Shown here: piece by piece, positions 49,966 through 61,228 of the stretch
Numbering within the stretch: the first letter of the stretch is position 1
How the letters are laid out: every line of letters starts with the position of its first letter
Assembly (NCBI GenBank): GCA_002104905.1
Contig: MCFE01000140.1
Span: 93,189 to 157,188, forward strand
Length of the DNA: 64,000 nt
Source: Basidiobolus meristosporus CBS 931.73
Lineage: Eukaryota > Fungi > Basidiobolomycota
Direction of reading: 5' to 3'
Notes under the pieces: model-generated
The model's database searches: none
Told to the model about the DNA's origin: nothing
Seen by the model: the letters and a program-made list of their open reading frames with translations, nothing else
Made by a program: the position numbers and the translations under genes

Positions 49966-50001
<36 letters not shown>

Positions 50002-50031
50002 CACTGCCACTGCCACTGCCACTGCCACTGC
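49966..50031 (+). repeat. Compound microsatellite (CACTTT)6(CACTGC)5
   Basis: Read directly, just after the MFS stop codon. Confidence 0.95.
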
Positions 50032-50336
50032 CACCCCACTCCCACTTCCTCACTCTCACTATAATTACTTCAAGGCATTCAATAAGCTTTCGCTCTAGGG
50101 GTACGCTCCTTTCATTCCAATAAAGCTTTGATCCTCAATATCCCACCAGGCAGGGGCCGAAGTGTTCCCAGGGTGAATTTAAGCTTACGAAATATCAATC
50201 AATGGTGATACTCAATTCGCCGCCAGCAAAACATCTGATTCTCACACTAAGCAAATGCGAATGAAGCAGTCCATCGAACACTATAAATCGGCCCAGGTGA
50301 ATGCTAGCCTGCCCAACAAAATCTCCTCAAACCTCC

Positions 50337-52467
50337 ATGTCTCGTGTAGAAATCCTCAAATCGGACGGACTGACGCTCGTCGGGGTTCTGGAAAATAATT
50401 CCCCCGGCACCAAACAGTTGATCCTCTTGTGTGATGGGTTCCCTGGTACCCCACCTTCACCTTCACCTTACTATCGCGCATTCATTAACAGTTTTCGAAG
50501 CGACAAAGAATCACGCATTCTTTCTCGAGCTGGCAAAAGCACTCCCTGTAGACACATTCCGGTTCGCTGTTGGCGGGCACAGGGAGAGTAAAGGGGATCC
50601 TCAATTCCTGTGTCTGGAGGTAGGCTTTGTGGCGTCGAGATGCCTTTAAAAACACCAGTTTAATTTTCGAGTCGAACAGCAAGAAAGGGAGGATTTGGAC
50701 GCGGCGATACACTTCTTCACCCAGCAGGGCTACCACATTGTTGGCTTGATCGGTCACTCAAAAGGTTGCAAATGGTTTATTTGTGAAGTGCTATGGCTAA
50801 TGGACTTCTTATCTTATCAGGTGGTTCCGCTATTCTTGATTATGCGAGCATCCGACCCTTACCTGGTGTTAAATATCTGATAAACATCAGTGGAATTTTC
50901 GATTTCGAAAAGTCTAATAACCATTTTGGACAATCGCTTGGAAACGAGGTGAGCCTTGGGGATTTCCTATCTGCTGGTGACTGCTAAAGACTAAATCGAC
51001 TCGCGAGAACCTCAACGGAGACTACATGTCGGAAAGTAAAATAAGCCATGGTAAGCCGAGTTCTGGGGGCTACCTCGTACACGCGATATTTATCCCAAGG
51101 ATCAGTCAATAGAATTCCTAGCAATATGCCAGTCCTCACATGCCATGGGCTTAAAGACGAAGTACTTAGTGATTGCTTGATCTTCAACAGTTGCCGATTC
51201 AAACCGCCGTTCTTATTTAGATTCATGATGTCTCTCACGCTGTTGCATTCGCCAACCTTATCCCGAATCACACTTTACGCTTGGTTGAAGGGGCAAACCA
51301 CAACTACGATGGCCACTTCGCAGAGGTGATTTCCTGCATTCAAAGCTTCATCGTTGATTCTAGCTCCATTCGTTCGCAACTCCAGTCCAACCGATTCTTC
51401 AATTACACACGGGCCGTTTCAGTAGAAGGGGTGAAGAATTTCAGGGACGCTGGTGGCTATTCTTCCAAGTACGGCATGGTTCGACCAAGATATTTATTCC
51501 GTTCGGGAGAGTAGGTTGACGCGCTCTGTGGAGTCTGATTCAGCAAGTCTAACCACCTTCTTAGGTTGTCCAAGATAAGTGATGCGGGCAAAGAGGCCCT
51601 GCAACAGCTAGGCATCAAACGTGTCGTTGATGTAAGATCTAAAACTGAGATTCAGCGACGAGGCAACGCGTATGTAGTGAATGTTGTCATGCTCTCAGTT
51701 CCATTTCTTACTCGGGAATTCTAGAGGACACCTGGGGGTAATCACCAAGCACGCCCCTTTACTCACCGAGGGGGAGCATTCACCAGAGGTGTTCGGGCTA
51801 AAATGGCGATTGTACACCAACAAGCCAGAAGGACTGGCGCAAGGTATTCAAGAAGATTTTCGAAGCTAACGGACATGTACTGATGCTGGAACAGCGTATA
51901 TCACGCTTCTGGAGCATGGCAAACCCGGAGTTGCTGATACCATCCGGTATATTCTGGAAGACACTGATATGAGCCAGCCGGTGGTGGTCCATTGTGCAGC
52001 AGGCAAAGATCGCACTGGCCTTGTGGTTGCCGTGATACTATGGGCTCTAGGGGTCGATGTAGACACCATCTGTGCCGATTATGAGCTGACTAACGCACAT
52101 CTCAAATGTAAGTTGATCCATCCCGAACCTTCCATGAATACTGACCCTTCTGTCACTCTAGACTTGAACGCCGATCTTACAGCCTTGGCCGAGACTCTAA
52201 GCAGAAAGATCGGGAAGAAGATCGATGTTCAGGGAGTTCGAGCCATGCTCGTTGCCAAGTAAGTGGCGGAAACTTGACATTCAAGCCATGTGCCCATAAC
52301 CTAACAGCGTGCTCGCGTGTAGACCAGAAAGTTTAAGGCTAGTTCTGCAAAATATGCAAGAGAAGTATGGAGGCCCAGATGGCTACTTAATATCTGCTGG
52401 GATCACCTCCCAGGAAATCGAGGAGTTGAGAAGAAAGTTGGTCTTGCCTATTAGGGCCAAGCTGTAG
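50337..52467 (+). CDS. Multi-exon fusion of an alpha/beta-hydrolase and a tyrosine-protein phosphatase (Y_phosphatase3/MptpB-like), ending in AKL
   Basis: GHSKG, CHGLKDE and GANHNY triad motifs. The GANHNY-containing ORF (51281-51514) runs straight into VKNFRDAGGY..LFRSG. HCAAGKDRTG lies at 51990-52019, followed by DYELTN and EKYGGPDGYL. Introns include 50446-50500, 50620-50679, 50765-50820 and 52259-52322; the middle exon boundaries are approximate. Confidence 0.85.
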
Positions 52468-53559
52468 CTTGTCTCCACACGAATAAACTGAACCAATCTA
52501 CACATGCATTTATCCTGATAAAGGGTGTATTTATTGGCGTGAGATACAATACATGTTGAGTGGGTCTAGCCGAGCATGGAGGTTACTGTTTCTTCGTCCA
52601 ACTTGCTGATCTCGTGGCGTACCTTTGCTTAATGGGCGGGGTAAAACGTAATGCAACGGCGACACCAGTGTTTTCAGCAAAACGAATAATTTTGACAATA
52701 CGTAACGGGCCTCCGTTCAAAGCATCCATGTTGACATCAGAATCCTGTGGCAGTTCACCACAACGCCGATGTGGCTCGAATTGCTCTGTATCTCAACTAC
52801 CGGAATGCCTTTGTCGGAGGGCCTAACCTCGACACCATCGTTCTCAGACCTGGCCAGACGGCCATAAAATACAGGGAAGTGATTGAGAGTGAGGGGTAAA
52901 CCATTGGTCATGGTTGTGGCAGATAAGCAATGGATTGATAAAGAAAGGTGGCTGGAATAAATCGACATGGCTTAACCGAATCGCCTGCTCAAAGTCATTG
53001 CACTGTCAATGAGGTGAGGCCAGGTGGATTAAATATATGGGTCAATGTCCGCTGCAGCCTAGGAATAATCTCGAGTCAAGATGCATACAACTAATATCCC
53101 ATCTGAGGTTTGTGAGTGCTGCTAATATCCACATGAATAGAAGTGGCTGAAGGACTATACTAAATTAGTACTTCTTGTGAACAAAGATGGCTCCAGCTTG
53201 AATAATGACAACTAATTTGGTGCCAATGAACCTATACACAATCAAGGCTTGATGATATCAACACCCATTACTCCTTGGGCTTATAACAAAACAAAAAATC
53301 ATGGCAACTTCATAGTAGCTGGCAGTTGCTTGTATTTGTGCTATATATAACTCATGGCCAATGCTCAGGTTTAATTGCAGCTATTATACACTTTGAACCA
53401 AAGTTCTATGTATGAAACTGGAAGAGGACATCAGCATCCTTGAATTAAATGAACCTTTTGGCATGAGTATTGTAAAAGGACTATTCAAAGATTAGTTGCT
53501 TAAAACCAAGACATAACACATTTATCCTCCATTTGATGGTCAGGAGGGAATAGATGGTG

Positions 53560-54250
53560 GCACCACTATGAGTGTCTGCCATCCTTTCTGATAAGCCCAA
53601 CCTCTAATATGTTCTGAAGTCTCCTCTGATGGACTACAAACCAAAGGTAAATTAGTCTACCGGCAGGAGTAGTGCTGTTAACTAGTACATATTGCTTGTA
53701 ATCATTTGGGCAATACATCCCTTATCCAATCAGAAAACATGGAGTGGCAACTATTTGTATTACAGCAATGGTATCAAGCAGATTGCTCAACAGATTGTTT
53801 GTTTAAGCTGGCCGCTGTGCTGTGCTTGCCAAATCTAATACCCAAAGTTGCAAATGTCTGGGAGGCCAGCTCAAAACCAGTTAAGCATTGCACCAATCAA
53901 TGGTTCTGGCTAGTATGATACAGAGAAGCATGTACTTCCCAGCCAAGGCTTTTTTTTGCACTAGCTCAGTTCTGCTCAGCATATCTGGGAGAGGGGTGAT
54001 GTGCATCATTGGGCAGGATACTCTTGCAATAACTCAGGAAGGACATGATTGATAGCAGCCTAACAATGGGTACCCATCTTGTATATAGCATACCAGTAGA
54101 TCAAGATAGCCATTACACCTGTGCGAAGGAACTACCATCCCATATAAGCATAGAGTCTAGTCTGCAGAGGGGCCATGTTGTGCATCAACATTTAAAACTT
54201 GGCCTATTTTACTCTGTTAGAAAATCTAGTACCCTAACTGATTTTCCCTA
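53560..54250 (-). pseudogene. Unassigned decayed coding frame in CpG-poor DNA
   Basis: One frame reads as protein-like for ~200 codons, with stops that are mostly TGA. No family recognised. Confidence 0.3.
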
Positions 54251-55285
54251 ATCCAAACATAACTAATCCCATTTATGACTTATTTTATCACTTCTCAGAA
54301 TCTATTTTTAGCTGTCACACCTGATCAATTTTCATGTGGTCATTACATCCTCAACTGATCTGCTAAGCCTTTCCAAGTGATTAGTCATCTGAGATTTATG
54401 CAACCACTTAGCAGTTGCCAAGACATCAGCTGATTAATGATGCAATTTCTCATTTATCTTATGCACCTATGAGCACCCCAGCAGATTTCAATTAGTCCAG
54501 TCTCTTGGCGCTTACTAATGCAACTCAATCAGAAAAGTATAAATAAAGTTTACTGAACCTTTTGGTTTAGTGTGTGTCTCAACAAAATCAAGATTGTGCC
54601 TCAGCAAAATTAAGAATTCCACAATTCCATTCTAGTTTCTACCCATGCTTAGCATATCTAGCACTCTCAAGAACACCAAGCCTAGCCTGCATAGAAAACC
54701 AACTCTGTTGCCTTTAAATCTCAACTCAGCTGTATAAAAGACCAATATTAGACTAGAAATTCTCTGTTAATATTTCTGTCACTCTTAACAATTCTAAGAT
54801 TCTGCACTTAGTTGTCACTCAGGTTCAGTTGACTCATTCAAGAGTTTATTACACTTGTCTGTTGGATGCAACAGGCCAAGATAAGCAGATTTTGTAATAT
54901 GCTCTTGCATACCATGATTGGGGTATCAAGGCCTCATAAATTCAAGCATTGAATCAAAAGAAATATTGACTGTCTGTTTACTAACCTCAACATATGTGTA
55001 CACCTGCTGCAATCAAAACACTTCTGGTAACTCACCTTTATGGCTTTTTAGTGCAATACTTGAACAGTGGCTTTATGCGTTGTATTGCATATAACATATA
55101 CACCTTGCAAGCACCTACTTTCCTATGAGAAATTATTGTGATGATCCCATCAAAAGGCTGTCACAGATTTATAGTCCCATGACTAAGAGGTACTGATCCC
55201 ATCAGGACACCATGCAGAGACTGTTTAACAATAATTCCCCCCTGATTTCACAAAAAACCTAGTCAAAATTTTTCATCACAACAGT

Positions 55286-55729
55286 AGACTTGTACCGTTG
55301 GATAGTGCCACATTGAGCCATAAGTGCTAAATGTTGCCATAATGTGCTAGGGAGGCCAAGTGAGCCTATACTTAGCCACAGAGTGTGAAACATAGCTCTG
55401 CATCTTCATGCAAAGCAGCTCCTGAGTTTTGCCCATTGAACTGGAGAAAATCCATTTTTTAACTTTTTTTTGGATCAATGTTAAGAATGATGTGTATGAA
55501 CACAGAAGGATTGAAGACATGCACCTGGTACTCAATACCCATGGCACTCTGAATCTAGCTCCTGTAGCTTGTAACATGTCACAAAAATGAATGGCACTGT
55601 CTTGGTCCACTGGTACTCTCTGGCATTGTAAGTGCTTTGTATAGGTCTTCCTTTAGGGCTAATATTTCAATATAGTGCCTGATAGTTTCAGTGGACCAAG
55701 ATAGTGCCATTCATTTTTGTGACATGATA
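55286..55729. mobile_element. Second copy of the foldback MITE, truncated on the right
   Basis: It starts AGACTTGTACCGTTGGATAGTGCC after AGT, is homologous to 29809-30477 and stops in the return arm at the TAGGGGGGG junction. Confidence 0.88.
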
Positions 55730-56290
55730 GGGGGGGAGGCAGTCACCAACAGGTGAGATCTTTATTTCAGATGAAACAAAGAAGCCAGCGCTACTGTTGT
55801 AGCTTTGATACAAGAGTGTGTAACTGAGGGGAATTTGTAGGTAAGTTTACAAGAAGTGATGATAGTTCTTCAGTGCTCAAGACACTGTTCAGGGGGAAGA
55901 GGGGTAGCAAGAGAGGTAAGAATGACTTGTGAACAACATTAATGAGGGGAATGTGATAAGGATTGATATTCATCATAAAGGGAGTGTGCTGCCTCAGATA
56001 TTGCTGCCAAAGGTCTGTCAAGTACTTCAGGTAGGCCAGCTTGGGTTTTTCTGACTGCAGAACATAGTGAGCAAACTTCTTGACTTCAGGATCTCCAAGT
56101 ATAGTTATCCAGCAGGAGCCAGGTGTAGTGTGGTGTGTTCTCTTCCAGGCCTTAATCAGTGGGTTGTTGCAGTGGTGAAGTCTGAGATATAATCTGGTTC
56201 TGAGGTAGAGAAGTCTGATCTTATAGGGCATAAACCCAAAAGCACCAAGAATAGCATGTCTGTAGGGGCATTCAGGTAGATGAGGCACCA
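55728..56290 (-). mobile_element. Telomere-tailed retroelement unit A1 (5'-truncated non-LTR-like ORF2 C-terminus + 3' UTR)
   Basis: Open 166-aa frame with AILGAFGFMPYKIRLLYLRTRLYLRL, like the post-RT thumb of non-LTR elements. The 3' UTR has a TCACC-TGTT-GGTGA hairpin ending in CCCCCCCTA. Confidence 0.7.
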
Positions 56291-56782
56291 AGGGTTTGGG
56301 TTAGGAGAGGGAAAGTCACCAAGGAAGGTGAAATCTTTATTTGATTTCAGACAAGTCTAACTGCTAATAAAGAAGCCAGCTGGAAGTAGAAGATCCCCAA
56401 AGTAAACACTAAGTTGAATATGAATAAATCTAAGCTAAAGTTAAGGCAGTATCCCAGAGTACACTGGAGTTCAGGTTCATGGGGGAGTGAAGTAGATAAG
56501 CTTGAGATATATAATAATCTTTGAGGAAGTGGGTAACAGCAGGTGAAGGGGAGTTTTTGATAAGTGAAGTGAATCTTGAGAGCAGAGATTCCTATAATGA
56601 GAAGGTCTTGTAAACTGGAGAATCAGGATACTCTTTAAAGGCATGGTCAGTAGGTTCCCAGAAAAACCAGTCAGGCACATTTTGACAGAAATGTATAGCA
56701 ATACTTTTGTCCAGTACTACCACCAGAGTGTGATGGTTGATAAATCTCATGTTAACAATCTTGGATAAATTGTATCCTTGTT
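56291..56782 (-). mobile_element. Telomere-tailed unit B: different body, related 3' tail
   Basis: The plus strand begins AGGGTTTGGGTTAGG, and it shares GTCACC..GGTGAAATCTTTATTT and AAAGAAGCCAGC with the A units. The ~115-codon frame has one stop. Confidence 0.6.
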
Positions 56783-56914
56783 GGGTTAGGGTTAGGGGGG
56801 AGACAGTCACCAACAGGTGAAATCTTTATTTCAGTTGAAACAAAGAAGCCAGCACTACTGTTGTAGCTTTAATACAAGAGTGTGTAGCTGAGGGGAATTT
56901 GTAGGTAAGTTAAT
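56783..56914 (-). mobile_element. Telomere-tailed unit A2, cut by the PHIS insertion
   Basis: GGGTTAGGGTTAGGGGGGAGACAGTCACC..., near-identical to 63521-63646. Confidence 0.75.
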
Positions 56915-59900
56915 AGACTTGTTCTGTTGGATAGTGCCACATAGTGCCAGCCTGTTTATGGTGCCGGATTGATCCGGCACTCTACGGCACCATCTGGCAC
57001 TATAATTTCTACCATGATGCCAGTAGTATGATACAGTTACTGGTAATTTTACTCAATCTTACTTATGTTGCTCCAAATAGTGCTTTCCTTGCTTTATTTA
57101 CTCTTCATAATGCTCCAGACACATTTCTCTCAGTGGATGTGTTCTTGTATTAACATACTGTGCACTAATAAGTATCTTAACTATTTTACCTATTCTGCTG
57201 TTTTCTCCTATATATGACTTTCCTCTGTATTTACCTGCCAATATGCTGAATCTCTTCAAATATCCAGATGTGTGCTCTACCCTCACTCTGAAATGATTAA
57301 ATATCTCATTGTAGAGCTTCTGCTTCCTGCCAAGCACACCATTCCTTGGCTTCCTATAAGCTGTAATACATCCTAATCTCTGACAATCCTCTCCTATATA
57401 GGCTAAGTCTGCCATACATTTCTCCCCTCTACTGAATTCAGGAAGATTCTCTACCTAGAGTGCTTTGTCATGCCCACTTCCAGCAAATGGCCCACTAAAC
57501 CAGATGATGTTACCCTCAATGTCAGACAGTGTTTGAAACTTCACACAGTGTGCCTTGTACTTGCCAGAATAAAAGTGCCTCTGCCCTCTAGAAGGTCTGT
57601 TAATCCTCACTGGGAAGGTATCCAAAATACTCCTGATATGGAATCTGTTGCTGAATACTCTGGGATATGGAAGTCTATTGGAGCTTCTGAACCTAATATT
57701 CCAAGCTTGCTCTAAGTCATTCATACCCTCTGCAAGGTGGTTCTCAATTGCTGTCAGCTGGGAATGAAAGCGTCTAGGACTTTTGTTGCCATGAATGGTG
57801 GGATGAAACCTTGTAGGGCAATAGCTCTTGTAATAGCAGAGAAGCTTGACAAGGGATCTCCTTGAGTAGATTGGGGTTGATGGTCTATAGTACTTGGAAT
57901 AGATCTCCTCTAGTGTGTCAAAAGGAAATCCAGTGGTAGTGATGGGATTGATGAGAAAAGACCATTCAGATGAGTAAGTCATATTAAACTTGGTGGATGA
58001 TTGTATGGAGGCGGTTTGAATTGATTTGGCGCAATCCGCGTTATTTATCTGATTTTTAATACATTATGGTTAAATCTCCATCAATTGCCATGTATCCCAT
58101 CATTATGTTGCAAAAATCATCCGCAAACAATGCCTTGGTACTCTTATTGATGCTTTAATCATAGGTCTATAATCAAGTAGGAAATCTGCAATTGATGTGA
58201 TCTGATCCATGTCAACGCAATCCAAGATGCATCATGCATAATATATTGAAAATTCAACAATCACATTAGTTTTCATATATATTTCATATAAGACCAGGTT
58301 GATGCCAATATACTGCTGTGTAAATATCCAAATCCGTTGCTATGGTCCCCATACCAAGCCTCAACTCATCTTTAGTACAACCCAGACAAAACCCATCCCC
58401 CAGCTCACAGGCACGGTCCAAACCGGAAAAGTTGATGTTGGATCCGTTTGAGTTCTTGCCAAATGATCTTAGTATGGCCCAAGTGTCTATGATGAGCCTT
58501 CATACAGATAATTGGGCACTACTGATTAATCTAGCAGAACTAGATACCTCAGAGAGTCAACAAAGATGGAAGAATTTGAGTAGAAAGCTGTGGCATGAGT
58601 TCTACATCAAGATGCTAGCTGATGTATGTAAAAAGATATATAACAAGACAAGTATTGAAATCAAGAATGAGCTGAGAGTGAGGGGATTTGACAAAGAAGC
58701 CACGCGGGAGCAATTTTGCATTGTAGTGGGGTGACAGTGACACCCACTGACAGATGTGCTCATTCCCTTATTTTCTACTTCCCTATATCTCTACTACACT
58801 TATTTTAGTTTTATCCCATTTGTCTTACCCAATCAGTACTATCCCATAAGCCGGTTGACTATCACACCTGCTTACCTTATTGCATAAGTTACCCCTCACT
58901 TTATGTAAGATTACTAGCTATATGTACTTCTATATTAGGCAAGTACCCGCGCCAGTACCCGTGACACATGATCAGCCCGTGTCACCATCCCTACCATATC
59001 CATACCATATATGGTATCCCCATGTTACACAGGTTTCAGAATACTGATTCCTGATTGGTTGGATGTGCTGTGCCTCTTAGAACCTTCCGGCACCTACTTA
59101 GAACATTCTTAGGTCATTCTGATGTCATTAAGATTTCTATTGATATCCGGAACCTTCTGGAACACCGTGATTAGTAATCACTTAGCCAGTAAGAAAAGTA
59201 TATAAGGGAGGCTATCCCTCAACAATAAATCATCATCCCTTTTATCAATATACCGACTTGTTGATTAGTGTAATCACTGCTACCTGCTGCTACCTGAACT
59301 TCCAACCCCAGACCACAGGACACTCCCAGGAAACCGCGCTGACAGCCAACTGACCTTGGAGGCACTACTTGTGAGGAATACTCAGAGTAGGTATCTTTTA
59401 TTATATTTGATTCTTTCCCAAGTTTGTTCTTGTACAGGCAAAGATACTTTTCTGTCTTTGTAACTATTGACCACAGCTGCATTCTTATCAAGTCCCTGCT
59501 GGTGGAGTTTACAGTTGTTTTGACTTTGGAAGCTTTAGTACATTGTCATCTCAAAGGACGCTGAACCCAGCACATACTTTTGTTAAGACGCCAACTAAGT
59601 TGGGGATTGTAGCTCAATAGTTTTCCCTTGACAAGCTTGTGGCTTTATTCCCCTTCACATTAGATTAGAGACAGAACCCAAGTATTCCTAGCAAGCTTTT
59701 GCCAGAGGTTATTGCACCCAGTGAACACCCCACACACAAAACACTTGAGAAGTGTTGGACGTATCTCTCCCTTGGACCTATACACCACCACAGCGTGCAA
59801 TTTGCACAGTACGGGCTGGACACGTTTGTTTGTGCCTCAACTTTGGGAACCAAAGAGATTTTGAATGAGTTTTTGCCTCAAATGACTAATGTACTACATG

Positions 59901-61228
59901 ATATATTAGTAGAGCTAAGTGGCTTCTGAGAGCAATATACACAGGACTCATCCAGGCAACAGTTCCAAAGTATCATACAGAGGGTAAGTGAATACCTTGA
60001 GGAATCAGATGGTGAGCTTCAGGAGGAAGAATACAGACCACAAGCAACATTGTCCAGATCGCGCCAGCATGCCTTGCTGGATTCCCTACCATCTCTTGCA
60101 ACCACAGCGCGCTGGCGCACGTCAGTCCAGACCACGCCAACACCTTTTACCAGAACGCCCCGCATTGAGTCAACATGCGCAACAAGAACTTGCCAAACTG
60201 CTCTTTAGACACAAGTCCATTGGAGCGGACCAAGTTGTGTCAACTTGCAGCATCACATCAAACTCAGCCAAGGGCCATCTCAATGTGTCAAGGCGTGCCT
60301 GTGCGTGCCGTTTTGCCTGACCATCAGCGAGTTACTTCTGGTGAACTGACAGATGATGACCAACATGAAGTGCCTCAACCACCGGAGCCCTTGGCAAGTA
60401 AAAGAACGCGTCAGCACGTGGCACTACAGGCCAGTTCAGTTGGTTCAGTTGGAGCAATTCAGCGCAGCCAAGCTGCAGCATTGCACTCATCAACTAGGAG
60501 GCAAAATACTGACTACAAATACACAAGTAGCCAAGATGATAGTCAGCCAGGAAGTAGTATAGGTGTGCAAAGTGAGTAACTACCAAATGCTTCAGTAGTA
60601 ATCCCTGTGAGAAAAAAACCCAGGAGAAGATGATGCAATTGCTTTGAATTGCTCACATTTGTAATGATCCTGACAACCCATATTTTTTGCGATCCAAATC
60701 AAGCCATTGCAAATCAGTGATAATCAAATTTTTGATATAAGTAATATCAAGGTTGTCTCACATTTGAGACAGCACCCCTATAAATAAACACCCTGCATAT
60801 ATATACGTCATCTGTAATACCAGTGCAGCTATTGGATCTGTTTTGCACCTACACAATTGCTTGCGTGCTGGCTATGACACCTTGTCCAATCACTAGGATC
60901 AGGGATTTACTTGCTCAATGGGCAAAATGGGATATTTGATGGCAAATCAGGTAGCTTTTTTAGTAGTCAATGAGCCAATTGGGGGCTGCCAGCTTCAGGA
61001 TACTTTTGGACCAATTAACCACTGAGATATTGTCCAATTGGAGTGAGGGTAACCAAAATGGTAAGTATCAGTGTAGTTTATAGTGTGATACACTATATTT
61101 ACATTTACATTAAAGAAACATATCCAAATACCGGATTTTACCTGCCATATTAGCGGTGTCCAATTGCGCATGTGATGCAAACATTACAAGTTGGCACGAT
61201 CATCTGTGCCAACCTCATTGTATCAGAA
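56915..61228. mobile_element. Second PHIS copy, inverted and decayed, with a solo LTR insertion; last ~150 bp missing
   Basis: Terminus AGACTTGTTCTG follows AAT. The transposase (57098-57982, minus) is broken by a TAG at 57455-57457, the partner ORF lies at 58342-60600, and the homology to 13190-16469 is collinear. Confidence 0.92.
58722..59792. mobile_element. 1071-bp solo LTR (TGTAGTGG...CCACCACA), probably Ty3/gypsy type, 4-bp TSD GCAT/GCGT
   Basis: TG...CA ends with short inverted termini. The empty site in PHIS copy 1 (~14670-14680, reverse) has a single GCGT. Confidence 0.9.

Noticed and set aside
52560-52968. Small ORFs downstream of the fusion gene
   Set aside because: Short, overlapping on both strands, with no motif or splice support.
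55740-55800. Hammerhead ribozyme in the 3' tail
   Set aside because: A GAAAC is present, but no CTGANGA core is correctly placed on either strand.
55791-56291. Calling the A units Penelope-like (Coprina/Athena)
   Set aside because: The arrangement fits, but the peptide resembles the non-LTR post-RT region and lacks a recognisable PLE thumb motif. The RT core is outside the window, so the class is left open.
59219-59491. 90-aa ORF
   Set aside because: It lies within a solo LTR, with no coding signature.
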